Positions 56,432 through 64,000 of a stretch of DNA of 64,000 bases are shown piece by piece. The position numbers and the translations under genes are program-made. The notes beneath the pieces are model-generated. The model ran no database searches and had not been told where the DNA came from. It was given only the letters and a program-made list of their open reading frames with translations. Source of the stretch: Fibrobacterales bacterium (GTDB lineage Bacteria; Fibrobacterota; Fibrobacteria; Fibrobacterales; JAOPTW01); NCBI GenBank assembly GCA_051532055.1, contig JAOPTX010000001.1, positions 28,581 to 92,580 on the forward strand, given 5' to 3'. How positions within the stretch are numbered: position 1 is the stretch's first letter; each line of letters starts with the position of its first letter.

Positions 56432-57384
56432 GAGTTCACCACATTTATTGGAGTACCCGCACTATATGCAGAAATATTATTTGTTGCCATTTCAATAAGC
56501 CGCTTGCGTGCCTCAACAGTTGCCCATCCAAAATGCGGGGTAATGATACAATTACTGAGAGACAAAAGAGGGTTGTTTTTTGAGGGAGGCTCTTCAGTTA
56601 ATACATCGAGTCCAGCGCCTGCAATCGTTTTATCTTGAAGAGCATCAGCAAGTGCCTTCTCATCAACAAGAGGGCCGCGACCTGTGTTAATAATAAATGC
56701 GGAAGATTTCATTGTTTTAAGAGTTGCTCCGTTAATCATCTCTTTGGTAGCATCGGTGAGGGGGCAATGGAGCGATATATAATCGCTTTCTGCAAAGAGT
56801 TCTTGCCGTGAAACGAATTGTATATGGGGTATGGTTTCCGATGGTATTGTTCTCGTGTGTACAATAGTTCTCATATTAAATGCCTGCCCAATGGTGATAA
56901 CTTTTTGAGCAATAGCCCCATATCCAATTACGCCTAGAGTCTTACCACTGAGTTCAACCAATGGATGGTTCCAGTATGAGAAATCTTGGCAAGAACTCCA
57001 GTCACCCCTATGGACACTCTGCGAGTGTTGTGCGGTAGAATGGGTATGTGCCAAAATAAAACTAAAGGTCAATTGCGCGACAGAGTCAGTACTATAGCCC
57101 GGTATGTTTGTTACGAGTATACCGTTCTTTTGGGCAAAGTCAATGTCTATTATGTTAAAGCCTGTGGCAAGGACACCAATATATTTAAGATCGGGGAGTT
57201 GCATAAGTGTCTCAGCATCGAGAACTACTTTATTAGTAAGAACTACTTCAGCACCGTGTGTACGTTTGACCACATCGCTAGGCTCTGTTCTGTCATACAG
57301 AGTTACGTCAGCAATATCGTGTAACAGGTCCCACGATAGATCGCCGGGATTACTGGTATAGCTATCAAGAATTACAACCTTCAC
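56428..57384 (-). CDS. D-2-hydroxyacid dehydrogenase (glycerate dehydrogenase/HprA-like)
   Basis: NPGDLSW, GYGAIA, SLHCPL, INTGRG, DVL..EP, TPH.GW. Confidence 0.92.
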   Translation of the reverse strand: MKVVILDSYTSNPGDLSWDLLHDIADVTLYDRTEPSDVVKRTHGAEVVLTNKVVLDAETLMQLPDLKYIGVLATGFNIIDIDFAQKNGILVTNIPGYSTDSVAQLTFSFILAHTHSTAQHSQSVHRGDWSSCQDFSYWNHPLVELSGKTLGVIGYGAIAQKVITIGQAFNMRTIVHTRTIPSETIPHIQFVSRQELFAESDYISLHCPLTDATKEMINGATLKTMKSSAFIINTGRGPLVDEKALADALQDKTIAGAGLDVLTEEPPSKNNPLLSLSNCIITPHFGWATVEARKRLIEMATNNISAYSAGTPINVVNS

Positions 57385-58268
57385 AGTCTATCAGCCTCCA
57401 AAAGGTTGATTGTATCATAAATTTTTAGAGTCGCTTTAGAGTTGTTGAGAGTGTAAAAATGGATACCTTGGACGTTGTTATAGACGAGATCACGTACCTG
57501 TTCTGTAGCCCAGTGCATACCAATTTTTTCAACGTCTTCATCGTTTTTTGCGTAGAGTACTGCTTTTTGAAGTCGCGCAGGAATACGAGAGCCAAGGGAA
57601 AGCTCGGCCATACGCACCATGCTCTTTTTAGTGGCAATGGGCATAATACCTGCTATTATAGGAACTGTAATACCTGCAAGCTCACAGCGCTCCTTAAAAT
57701 CATAAAAGTCGCGGTTGTCAAAAAAGAGTTGTGTCACGATGTAATCTGCACCAGCATCTACTTTAGCTTTCAAATACTCCATCTCTTTCAATCTATTAGG
57801 GGTGTCTGGGTGTCCTTCAGGGAAGCCCGCAACACCAATACCCATGTCGGGATGGTGTTCTTTAATAAATGAGACAAGATCACTTGCGTACTCAAATCCA
57901 TCTTCTGGTGCAATATCACGTAGGGTTCCGTCTTGCGGGAGATCGCCTTTGAGGGCAAGAATATTTTTCACACCATTTTTTGCATAATCGTCGAGCACTA
58001 TCTTCATTTCGGCACGGGTCGAGTTGACGCACGTGAGATGAGATACGACGGTAAGGTCAGTTTTTTCCATAATTTCGAGAATAATATCATGAGTCTTCTC
58101 TCGAGTAGAGCCTCCAGCACCATAGGTGACACTGACATAAGCGGGTTCGAGAGGCATGAGGTCACTAATTGAAGTGAAAAGTTTGCTCCATCCCTTGTCT
58201 GTTTTGGGAGGGAAAAATTCAAAGCTAAAAGTGATTTTGTGCTCTTTAAAGATATCGGCTATATGCAT
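57381..58268 (-). CDS. metF: 5,10-methylenetetrahydrofolate reductase
   Basis: SFEFFPPK, SVTYGAGG, HLTC, TQLFFD, HFYTLN. Confidence 0.96.
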   Translation of the reverse strand: MHIADIFKEHKITFSFEFFPPKTDKGWSKLFTSISDLMPLEPAYVSVTYGAGGSTREKTHDIILEIMEKTDLTVVSHLTCVNSTRAEMKIVLDDYAKNGVKNILALKGDLPQDGTLRDIAPEDGFEYASDLVSFIKEHHPDMGIGVAGFPEGHPDTPNRLKEMEYLKAKVDAGADYIVTQLFFDNRDFYDFKERCELAGITVPIIAGIMPIATKKSMVRMAELSLGSRIPARLQKAVLYAKNDEDVEKIGMHWATEQVRDLVYNNVQGIHFYTLNNSKATLKIYDTINLLEADRL

Positions 58269-58373
58269 GAGTAAGTCCAGGTGTGGGGATGTTCAATAAT
58301 ATAACTATTTTGCCTTAAAGTTGGTCTTAAAGGGCGAAAACAGGCATATTTACTCCTACTCTACAGGTATTCA

Positions 58374-59471
58374 TTACCATTTACGCATGAGCCATTCGAG
58401 CCCATATTTAAAAGAATATTTTTTCCAGTATGTTGTCGTCACTAAGAGTGCTAAAAGTGTAAGGAGTGTCATAAGCAGGGCAGTAGTTTCTGATGTGGAT
58501 CGAAAAAAACCAAGGGAGATGAGTAACTCTCTAAAAAGAAGAATGTGTACAAAGAGGAGGGTGAGTGAGCTCCGTCCTACTGATTCTATGCCAACCAGTA
58601 TAAGTGAATGCTGTCGCTTGGGGAGACGCATCAGAAGGCTCAATATCATGGTGGCGGTACCGGTTAAAAAGAGGAGCATTCCTGGACTAATGGGGTAAAA
58701 CAGGGGAGAGGGACTGCAGAGCCTGTTAATAAATGGATGGATGTGTAGGTCTTGAATAAAATAGCCCGTTACCATAAGGAGCACCCCGCATCCTTGAATA
58801 AGTAAGCTTTTTGTTATCACTGGGAAGAAATGAACATTGGGTCGAGGATTAATCGAAGGTTTGAAAAGGGAGAGGGAGAGCAGATAGAGGGGGGCCCATG
58901 ATAAGAGAGAGAATTGTCCTTGAATAAATGAAATTCTAAGGAATTGTTCCCAAAAGGGGAAGACTTTCATGTACAGGCTTGTACCTGACATATCAGTATT
59001 CGATAACATATCTGGTATAGAAAGATGGGTGATAAAAGTTGTATAGAGTATGAGTGATGAACTCGCACAGAGCCCTAAAAAGAGAGATGAGCGTTTTATT
59101 AAAAAAGGTGTAATTATGAGCATAACACCTAAAAAGTGAAGTATGTACCATGACTTCATTGAGAACCAGCTGGGAACGAGTAGATTGAGTATATAACCAA
59201 ATATGATAAGGAGTAAACCGCGTTTAGCAAAGAGGAGCCATGATGGGTTTTTGTGAAAGAGTAATAGGGAGCTGTACGCTGTAGCGGTAATGAAAAAGGG
59301 GGCGGCTAATCCACCCAATATAGAGAGAATAACAATGACAGGATAGTCATTAAAGGTCTCGCCGGGTAGAATCCCTCGCCAGAGCCATGACCCCAGGTGT
59401 TGTTCAACCATGAGAATCAGTGCGATACCTCTAAAAAAATCTAATCCATGAATACGTAATGTTTGGTTCAT
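58374..59471 (-). CDS. DUF1624/HGSNAT-like membrane protein
   Basis: RI.GLD..RG.A.ILM...H; multi-TM; C-terminal GLEWLMR. Confidence 0.8.
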   Translation of the reverse strand: MNQTLRIHGLDFFRGIALILMVEQHLGSWLWRGILPGETFNDYPVIVILSILGGLAAPFFITATAYSSLLLFHKNPSWLLFAKRGLLLIIFGYILNLLVPSWFSMKSWYILHFLGVMLIITPFLIKRSSLFLGLCASSSLILYTTFITHLSIPDMLSNTDMSGTSLYMKVFPFWEQFLRISFIQGQFSLLSWAPLYLLSLSLFKPSINPRPNVHFFPVITKSLLIQGCGVLLMVTGYFIQDLHIHPFINRLCSPSPLFYPISPGMLLFLTGTATMILSLLMRLPKRQHSLILVGIESVGRSSLTLLFVHILLFRELLISLGFFRSTSETTALLMTLLTLLALLVTTTYWKKYSFKYGLEWLMRKW

Positions 59472-59507
59472 AGAGATAAGATAAATATATTTGAATTGAG
59501 AATGCAG

Positions 59508-59551
59508 AAAAAAAAAGGCCCATTCTACATTGTAGAATGGGCCTTTTTTTT
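59508..59551. terminator. Bidirectional terminator after nqrF
   Basis: A-run, GGCCCATTCTAC...GTAGAATGGGCC, T-run. Confidence 0.9.
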
Positions 59552-59559
59552 CTTTTTAC

Positions 59560-60801
59560 TTAGATACCGAAGTCATCCGCATGGATCATCTTCTTCTCTA
59601 CGCCAAGATTATCAAGCATGGCGTGAACTGAGTCAGACATGATTGGAGGTCCACACATGTAGTACTCAATATCTTCAGGAGCTTCATGATCCTTTAGATG
59701 TAAGTCGTGTACCACGTTGTGAATATAGCCAACAGCACCGTCCCAATTATCACCTTCTTCAGGTTCAGAGAGTGCAATATGGAATTTGAAGTTGTCATGC
59801 TGTTCTTCAATAGCTCTAAAGAGAGGTTCGTAAAATATCTCTTTCTTAGAACGGGCACCGTAGTAGTAGGTTACTTTACGGCCAGTCTTAAGGGTATTGA
59901 AGAGGTGGAAAATATGTGATCTGAGTGGGGCCATACCAGCACCACCACCGACATATACCATCTCATTTTGAGTATCTTGAATATAGAACTCACCATAGGG
60001 GCCAGAAACGGTAACTTCGTCACCCTCTTTGAGATTAAAAATATATGATGACGCGAGTCCTGGAGGTACATCCGCAAAGCCACCTTTGGCACGATCCCAT
60101 GGAGGAGCACAAACACGTACATTCAACATGACAATACCTTTTTCTGCAGGGTATGATGCCATTGAGTATGCGCGAACCATCTCTGCCGGGTTCGTTGCTG
60201 AGAGATCCCACATTTTAAATTTATCCCATTCAGGTTTAAACTTTTCAGGGATATCCATCGTTTTGAATGAAAGGTCTTTATAGGCAGGGATCTTAATCTG
60301 TATGTAACCACCAGCTTTATAGTTGAGATCAAGCCCCTCGGGGAGTTCAATAACAAACTCTTTAATGTAGGTAGATACAGAGTTATTTGATTTAACCTTT
60401 GCCTTAAACTCTTGAATATTAAAGATCTCATCAGGGATCTGGAGCTTCAGGTCATTTTTCACTTTCATCTGACACGCTAGGCGCCAGTGGTCTTTAGCCT
60501 CTTTACGATTAACGTGGCCAGTCTCGGTTGGGAGAATGTCACCACCACCTTCAAGTACCTGACACGTACACATGCCGCAGGTACCACCACCACCACACGC
60601 AGAGGGGAGGTAGATGCCGTTATTCGTAAGAGCGTTTAATAGTGTAGTACCTGGAGATGTTACTTTTTTTAATGACGCATCGCCATTAATATCAAGCGCA
60701 ACTTCACCTTGTGCTACTAATTTGTTTTCTGCAATCAAAAGCACAAACACGAGTGCGAGAATGATTACCGTAAAAATTATGATTCCAATTACAACCATCA
60801 T
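59560..60801 (-). CDS. nqrF: Na+-translocating NADH:quinone reductase subunit F
   Basis: SACGGGGTCG.C 2Fe-2S motif, RAYSMA, GGGAGMAP, YMCGPP, DDFG. Confidence 0.96.
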   Translation of the reverse strand: MMVVIGIIIFTVIILALVFVLLIAENKLVAQGEVALDINGDASLKKVTSPGTTLLNALTNNGIYLPSACGGGGTCGMCTCQVLEGGGDILPTETGHVNRKEAKDHWRLACQMKVKNDLKLQIPDEIFNIQEFKAKVKSNNSVSTYIKEFVIELPEGLDLNYKAGGYIQIKIPAYKDLSFKTMDIPEKFKPEWDKFKMWDLSATNPAEMVRAYSMASYPAEKGIVMLNVRVCAPPWDRAKGGFADVPPGLASSYIFNLKEGDEVTVSGPYGEFYIQDTQNEMVYVGGGAGMAPLRSHIFHLFNTLKTGRKVTYYYGARSKKEIFYEPLFRAIEEQHDNFKFHIALSEPEEGDNWDGAVGYIHNVVHDLHLKDHEAPEDIEYYMCGPPIMSDSVHAMLDNLGVEKKMIHADDFGI

Positions 60802-60806
60802 GTCTC

Positions 60807-61412
60807 CTAAAGGCTAATGCCGGCAAATGCCATAAATGCCATAGCCATGAGTCCAGAAGCAATAAAGATACTTGGTGTACCTTTAAGACCTTTGGGCATG
60901 TGTGAATATTCAAGTTTTTGACGAATAGCAGCAAGACCAATAATTGCAAGCCAGAAGCCTACACCTGATCCAAAACCAAATACCGTTGCTTCAGCAATAT
61001 CGTATTTTCTCTCAACCATAAAGAGTGACGCTCCAAGAATAGAACAGTTCACTGTGATAAGAGGAAGAAAGATACCGAGTGATGCATAGAGTACGGGGGA
61101 TGATTTTTCGATGATCATCTCCACTACTTGTACCAATGCCGCAATTACCGCAATAAATGAGATAAAGGTGAGGTAGCTGAGGTCTACTTCAGGGAAACCA
61201 GCCCATGCAAGGGCCCCTTTTTCAAGTAGATATGAGTTGAGTAGCCAGTTCACTGGTGTTGCAAGGGTAAGAACAAAAATTACTGCAATACCGAGCCCCA
61301 TGGCGGTTTCGATCTTTTTTGAACAGGCGAGAAATGAACACATCCCTAAGAAGAATGCGAGAAGAATGTTCTCAACAAATATCGCCTTAATAGCTAAGTT
61401 AACTAATTCCAT
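60807..61412 (-). CDS. nqrE: Na+-NQR subunit E
   Basis: [21 protein letters not shown]. Confidence 0.95.
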   Translation of the reverse strand: MELVNLAIKAIFVENILLAFFLGMCSFLACSKKIETAMGLGIAVIFVLTLATPVNWLLNSYLLEKGALAWAGFPEVDLSYLTFISFIAVIAALVQVVEMIIEKSSPVLYASLGIFLPLITVNCSILGASLFMVERKYDIAEATVFGFGSGVGFWLAIIGLAAIRQKLEYSHMPKGLKGTPSIFIASGLMAMAFMAFAGISL

Positions 61413-62029
61413 TATTTAGCTCCTTTTTTAATAAGGTAGTTATTTTGTAACCAGCCGATGATTCCTACAAGAAAGAATGCACCAGGTGCAAGAACCATAA
61501 GGCCCATGTCCGTATAGCCAAGGTCATATAAGAAATCAGGAACAACTTTAAAACCAAACCATGAACCTGCTCCGAGAATTTCTCTAAACGTTGATACAAG
61601 AATGAGAATTACTCCATAGCCAATGCCACTACCAAACCCATCTAAGACTGAAACCAAAGGTTTATTACCGAGAGCAAATGCTTCTGCACGGCCCATAACA
61701 ATACAGTTGGTGATTATGAGGCCGACAAATACTGAAAGTTCTTTTGATGTTTGAAACAAAAATGCTTTTAATATTTGGTCTGTTAATATTACAAGTGTTG
61801 CTATAATAATGAGCTCAACAATCATACGAATCTTGCTAGGGATTGCATGACGAAGAAGTGATATGATTCCATTAGAAAGCATTACTACAACCATGAGTGA
61901 AATGGTCATCACTAGCGCTGTTTTTACTTGTGTTGTTACTGCAAGAGCAGAACAAACACCAAGGGTTTGTGTTAAAATTGGATTCTGAGCCAAGGTAGAC
62001 TCTTTAATCATCTCATTCATTTTACTCAT
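61412..62029 (-). CDS. nqrD: Na+-NQR subunit D
   Basis: [28 protein letters not shown]. Confidence 0.95.
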   Translation of the reverse strand: MSKMNEMIKESTLAQNPILTQTLGVCSALAVTTQVKTALVMTISLMVVVMLSNGIISLLRHAIPSKIRMIVELIIIATLVILTDQILKAFLFQTSKELSVFVGLIITNCIVMGRAEAFALGNKPLVSVLDGFGSGIGYGVILILVSTFREILGAGSWFGFKVVPDFLYDLGYTDMGLMVLAPGAFFLVGIIGWLQNNYLIKKGAK

Positions 62030-62768
62030 GAGAAGCCCCCTCTGATTCAGTTTTATTCTGTGCTATATAAGGCGCAAAGAAATCAAGATCTTTTTTCATG
62101 AATTCGTTGACCCCTTTAGCGGTAAGAGTAGCGCCTGCAATGCCATCAACTTCGTGGCTAAACGTCTTTGACTTTTCAAGGGCTTTTCCTTTTACAATGG
62201 TTATTGAAGCGATAGAGCCATCGGCATCGAGCACTTCTTTTCCTTTATAGTTATTGGTAAACCAATTTTTATCGATTTCCCCACCAAGACCAGGCGTCTC
62301 ACCATGAGAGTAAAAGGTTAATCCTTTAACGATGTTGAGGTTTTTCTCAAGAGCTAAATAGCCTTTGATTGTAGACCATAGCCCTTTGCCTGAAATAGGA
62401 AGACAGTACGCTTTAATGTCACTTCCTACTTTGTGTAGGTAGAGTGCGCGACGCTCTGTCTCATCTTCTTTGAGGTCTGTTGGTAGTATACCGTCAATAA
62501 TAGTACCCTTTGCATCTACTACTACACCTGTAATGTTCTCGGTATAGAGTTTTGAAATGGTAGTAGCTTGAATTGAACCAAAATAATCTTCAGTCTCTTC
62601 TTGGCCGCTTTCACGTACGTCGAGTGCTTTAATAATATTTTTCATCTTATCAATTCGAATGTTCTCTTCCTGGTAAGGCTTGAGATACTGAGCTGCAAAA
62701 GAGAGCAGCCCCGAACTAATGATACAGATAATTAGTGCAAATCTAATTGCTCGTTTATTTTCCTGCAC
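62022..62768 (-). CDS. nqrC: Na+-NQR subunit C
   Basis: GKGLWS, HGETPGLGGEI, VDGIAGATLT. Confidence 0.93.
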   Translation of the reverse strand: MQENKRAIRFALIICIISSGLLSFAAQYLKPYQEENIRIDKMKNIIKALDVRESGQEETEDYFGSIQATTISKLYTENITGVVVDAKGTIIDGILPTDLKEDETERRALYLHKVGSDIKAYCLPISGKGLWSTIKGYLALEKNLNIVKGLTFYSHGETPGLGGEIDKNWFTNNYKGKEVLDADGSIASITIVKGKALEKSKTFSHEVDGIAGATLTAKGVNEFMKKDLDFFAPYIAQNKTESEGASHE

Positions 62769-63984
62769 GTGCGAGCCTCCTTTTAATATTGCCTTGAATC
62801 ACATAGTGATCAATCAGTGGCGCGAATACATTCATAAATAGAATTGCAAGCATCATACCTTCTGGGTATGCAGGGTTCGCAACTCGAATGATTACAGCGA
62901 GTGCTCCGATAAGGGCACCATATACCCACTTACCTGTGTTAGTACCTGAGGCACTCACTGGGTCGGTAGCCATAAAGGCTGCACCAAAAGCAAATCCACC
63001 CATTACCCAGTGGTAATAGAAAGGAAGATGCATAAGACTATTTGATTCTGCCCCTGCAAATGCGTTAAAAATAAGAGCAACAATAGTTGAACCAACTAAT
63101 GTGCCCAGCATTATTCGGCCACTTCCAAGGCGGGTAAACACGAGGACTAACGCTCCAAGGAGACAGAGGAGTGCTGATGTTTCACCTGCTGATCCAGGCA
63201 CAAACCCCAGAAAGAGATTACTGAATGTAAAACCTACACTATTGAGTGAGTCAATAACCGCAGCACCAGTACCTTGTGAAGCAACAAGAAGCGGAGTCGC
63301 TCCTGAGTAGGCATCAACAAGTTTATCTGTTGTAGCATTTATCGCTCTCCATACACCATCACCAGAGATAAATGTTGGATATGAGAAGAAGATAAATGCA
63401 CGTGCGGTGAGTGCTGGATTAAGGAAGTTCATTCCTGAACCACCAAATACTTCTTTACCAATGATTACACCAAATGCAGTTCCTACAGCAACAACCCAAA
63501 GTGGTGTTGTAGGAGCAAGGGTGAGTGGTAGGAGCATGCCAGTTACAAAGAATCCTTCATTTACTTCGTGTCCACGAATCTGACCAAAGATTACCTCTAT
63601 CACTGATCCCGTAATATACGTTACCATGACGATAGGGAGCATAGCCCACATTCCATGAATGAAAGAATTAATGATTGTTGGTTCAATACCTGTAAATACC
63701 GTAAGGAGGTCGTTACTTGCAGTCAAACTGCTCAGTTTTTGAAATCCTACATTATAAAAGGCAAAGAGAAGACAGGGTATGATAGTCATAATAACAATCG
63801 ACATCATACGCTTTGAGTCAAGTGCATCTCGTACATGTACCCGTGAACTCGTCGTCTCATTAGGAGTTCTAATAAGAGTATCGAGTGCATCGGCCATTGC
63901 ATGTATTTTTTTGAATGGACCTTCTTTCGTAAGGTTCATCAATATGTCAGCGGGTTTTTCTAATAAGTCTTTTGTAAATCTCAT
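62755..63984 (-). CDS. nqrB: Na+-NQR subunit B
   Basis: HVRD..D.KR.M, KEVFGG.G.NFLNPAL, SGATPL, GETS, MATDPVS, YPEG.MLAIL. Confidence 0.95.
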   Translation of the reverse strand: MRFTKDLLEKPADILMNLTKEGPFKKIHAMADALDTLIRTPNETTSSRVHVRDALDSKRMMSIVIMTIIPCLLFAFYNVGFQKLSSLTASNDLLTVFTGIEPTIINSFIHGMWAMLPIVMVTYITGSVIEVIFGQIRGHEVNEGFFVTGMLLPLTLAPTTPLWVVAVGTAFGVIIGKEVFGGSGMNFLNPALTARAFIFFSYPTFISGDGVWRAINATTDKLVDAYSGATPLLVASQGTGAAVIDSLNSVGFTFSNLFLGFVPGSAGETSALLCLLGALVLVFTRLGSGRIMLGTLVGSTIVALIFNAFAGAESNSLMHLPFYYHWVMGGFAFGAAFMATDPVSASGTNTGKWVYGALIGALAVIIRVANPAYPEGMMLAILFMNVFAPLIDHYVIQGNIKRRLARAGK

Positions 63985-64000
63985 GTTATCCCTCCACCTG

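Noticed and set aside
59560..63984. Rnf complex instead of Nqr
   Set aside because: The gene order B-C-D-E-F and the NqrF FAD/NADH/2Fe-2S subunit identify Na+-NQR.
1..64000. CRISPR arrays, tRNA/rRNA genes, transposases, integrases, prophage genes
   Set aside because: I saw no regularly spaced repeats, RNA gene signatures or recombinase motifs by eye; the phage-tail-like genes are explained by the T6SS. A covariance-model scan was not possible.

Overview
AT-rich DNA from a diderm bacterium that encodes Na+-NQR; I cannot assign the lineage from sequence alone. The left ~34.5 kb is a type VI secretion (T6SS) region. The core cluster is tssK-L-M-A-B-C-hcp-E-F-G-H(clpV)-vgrG-DUF2169 (15341-34540), with no recognisable tssJ in the window. 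Divergent from it are a PEGA/beta-barrel/FGE-sulfatase protein, an orphan solute-binding protein and an NlpC/P60 lipoprotein. Further left is a spike/cargo operon (DUF2169-PAAR-LysM/PG-binding protein-1179 aa unknown protein) that converges on two near-identical lipoprotein genes, and a decayed copy of the large gene's 3' end lies between them. At the left edge, an ORF missing from the ORF track looks like a highly diverged TssB-TssC fusion. CRP-type boxes occur in several intergenic regions of this locus. To the right are a decayed HTH-WYL regulator and an MNIO (DUF692)/DUF2063 RiPP-like cluster whose precursor is a two-repeat Cys-rich lipoprotein. The rest holds an output-less Cache sensor, tcdA, redox/stress genes (ferritin-like, CDGSH, MarR, YceI), a two-component signalling cassette, housekeeping genes (slyX, rsuA, GGDEF, hprA-like, metF) and nqrB-F. 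I saw no rRNA, tRNA, CRISPR array or transposase. All family assignments come from motif recognition by eye, not database searches.
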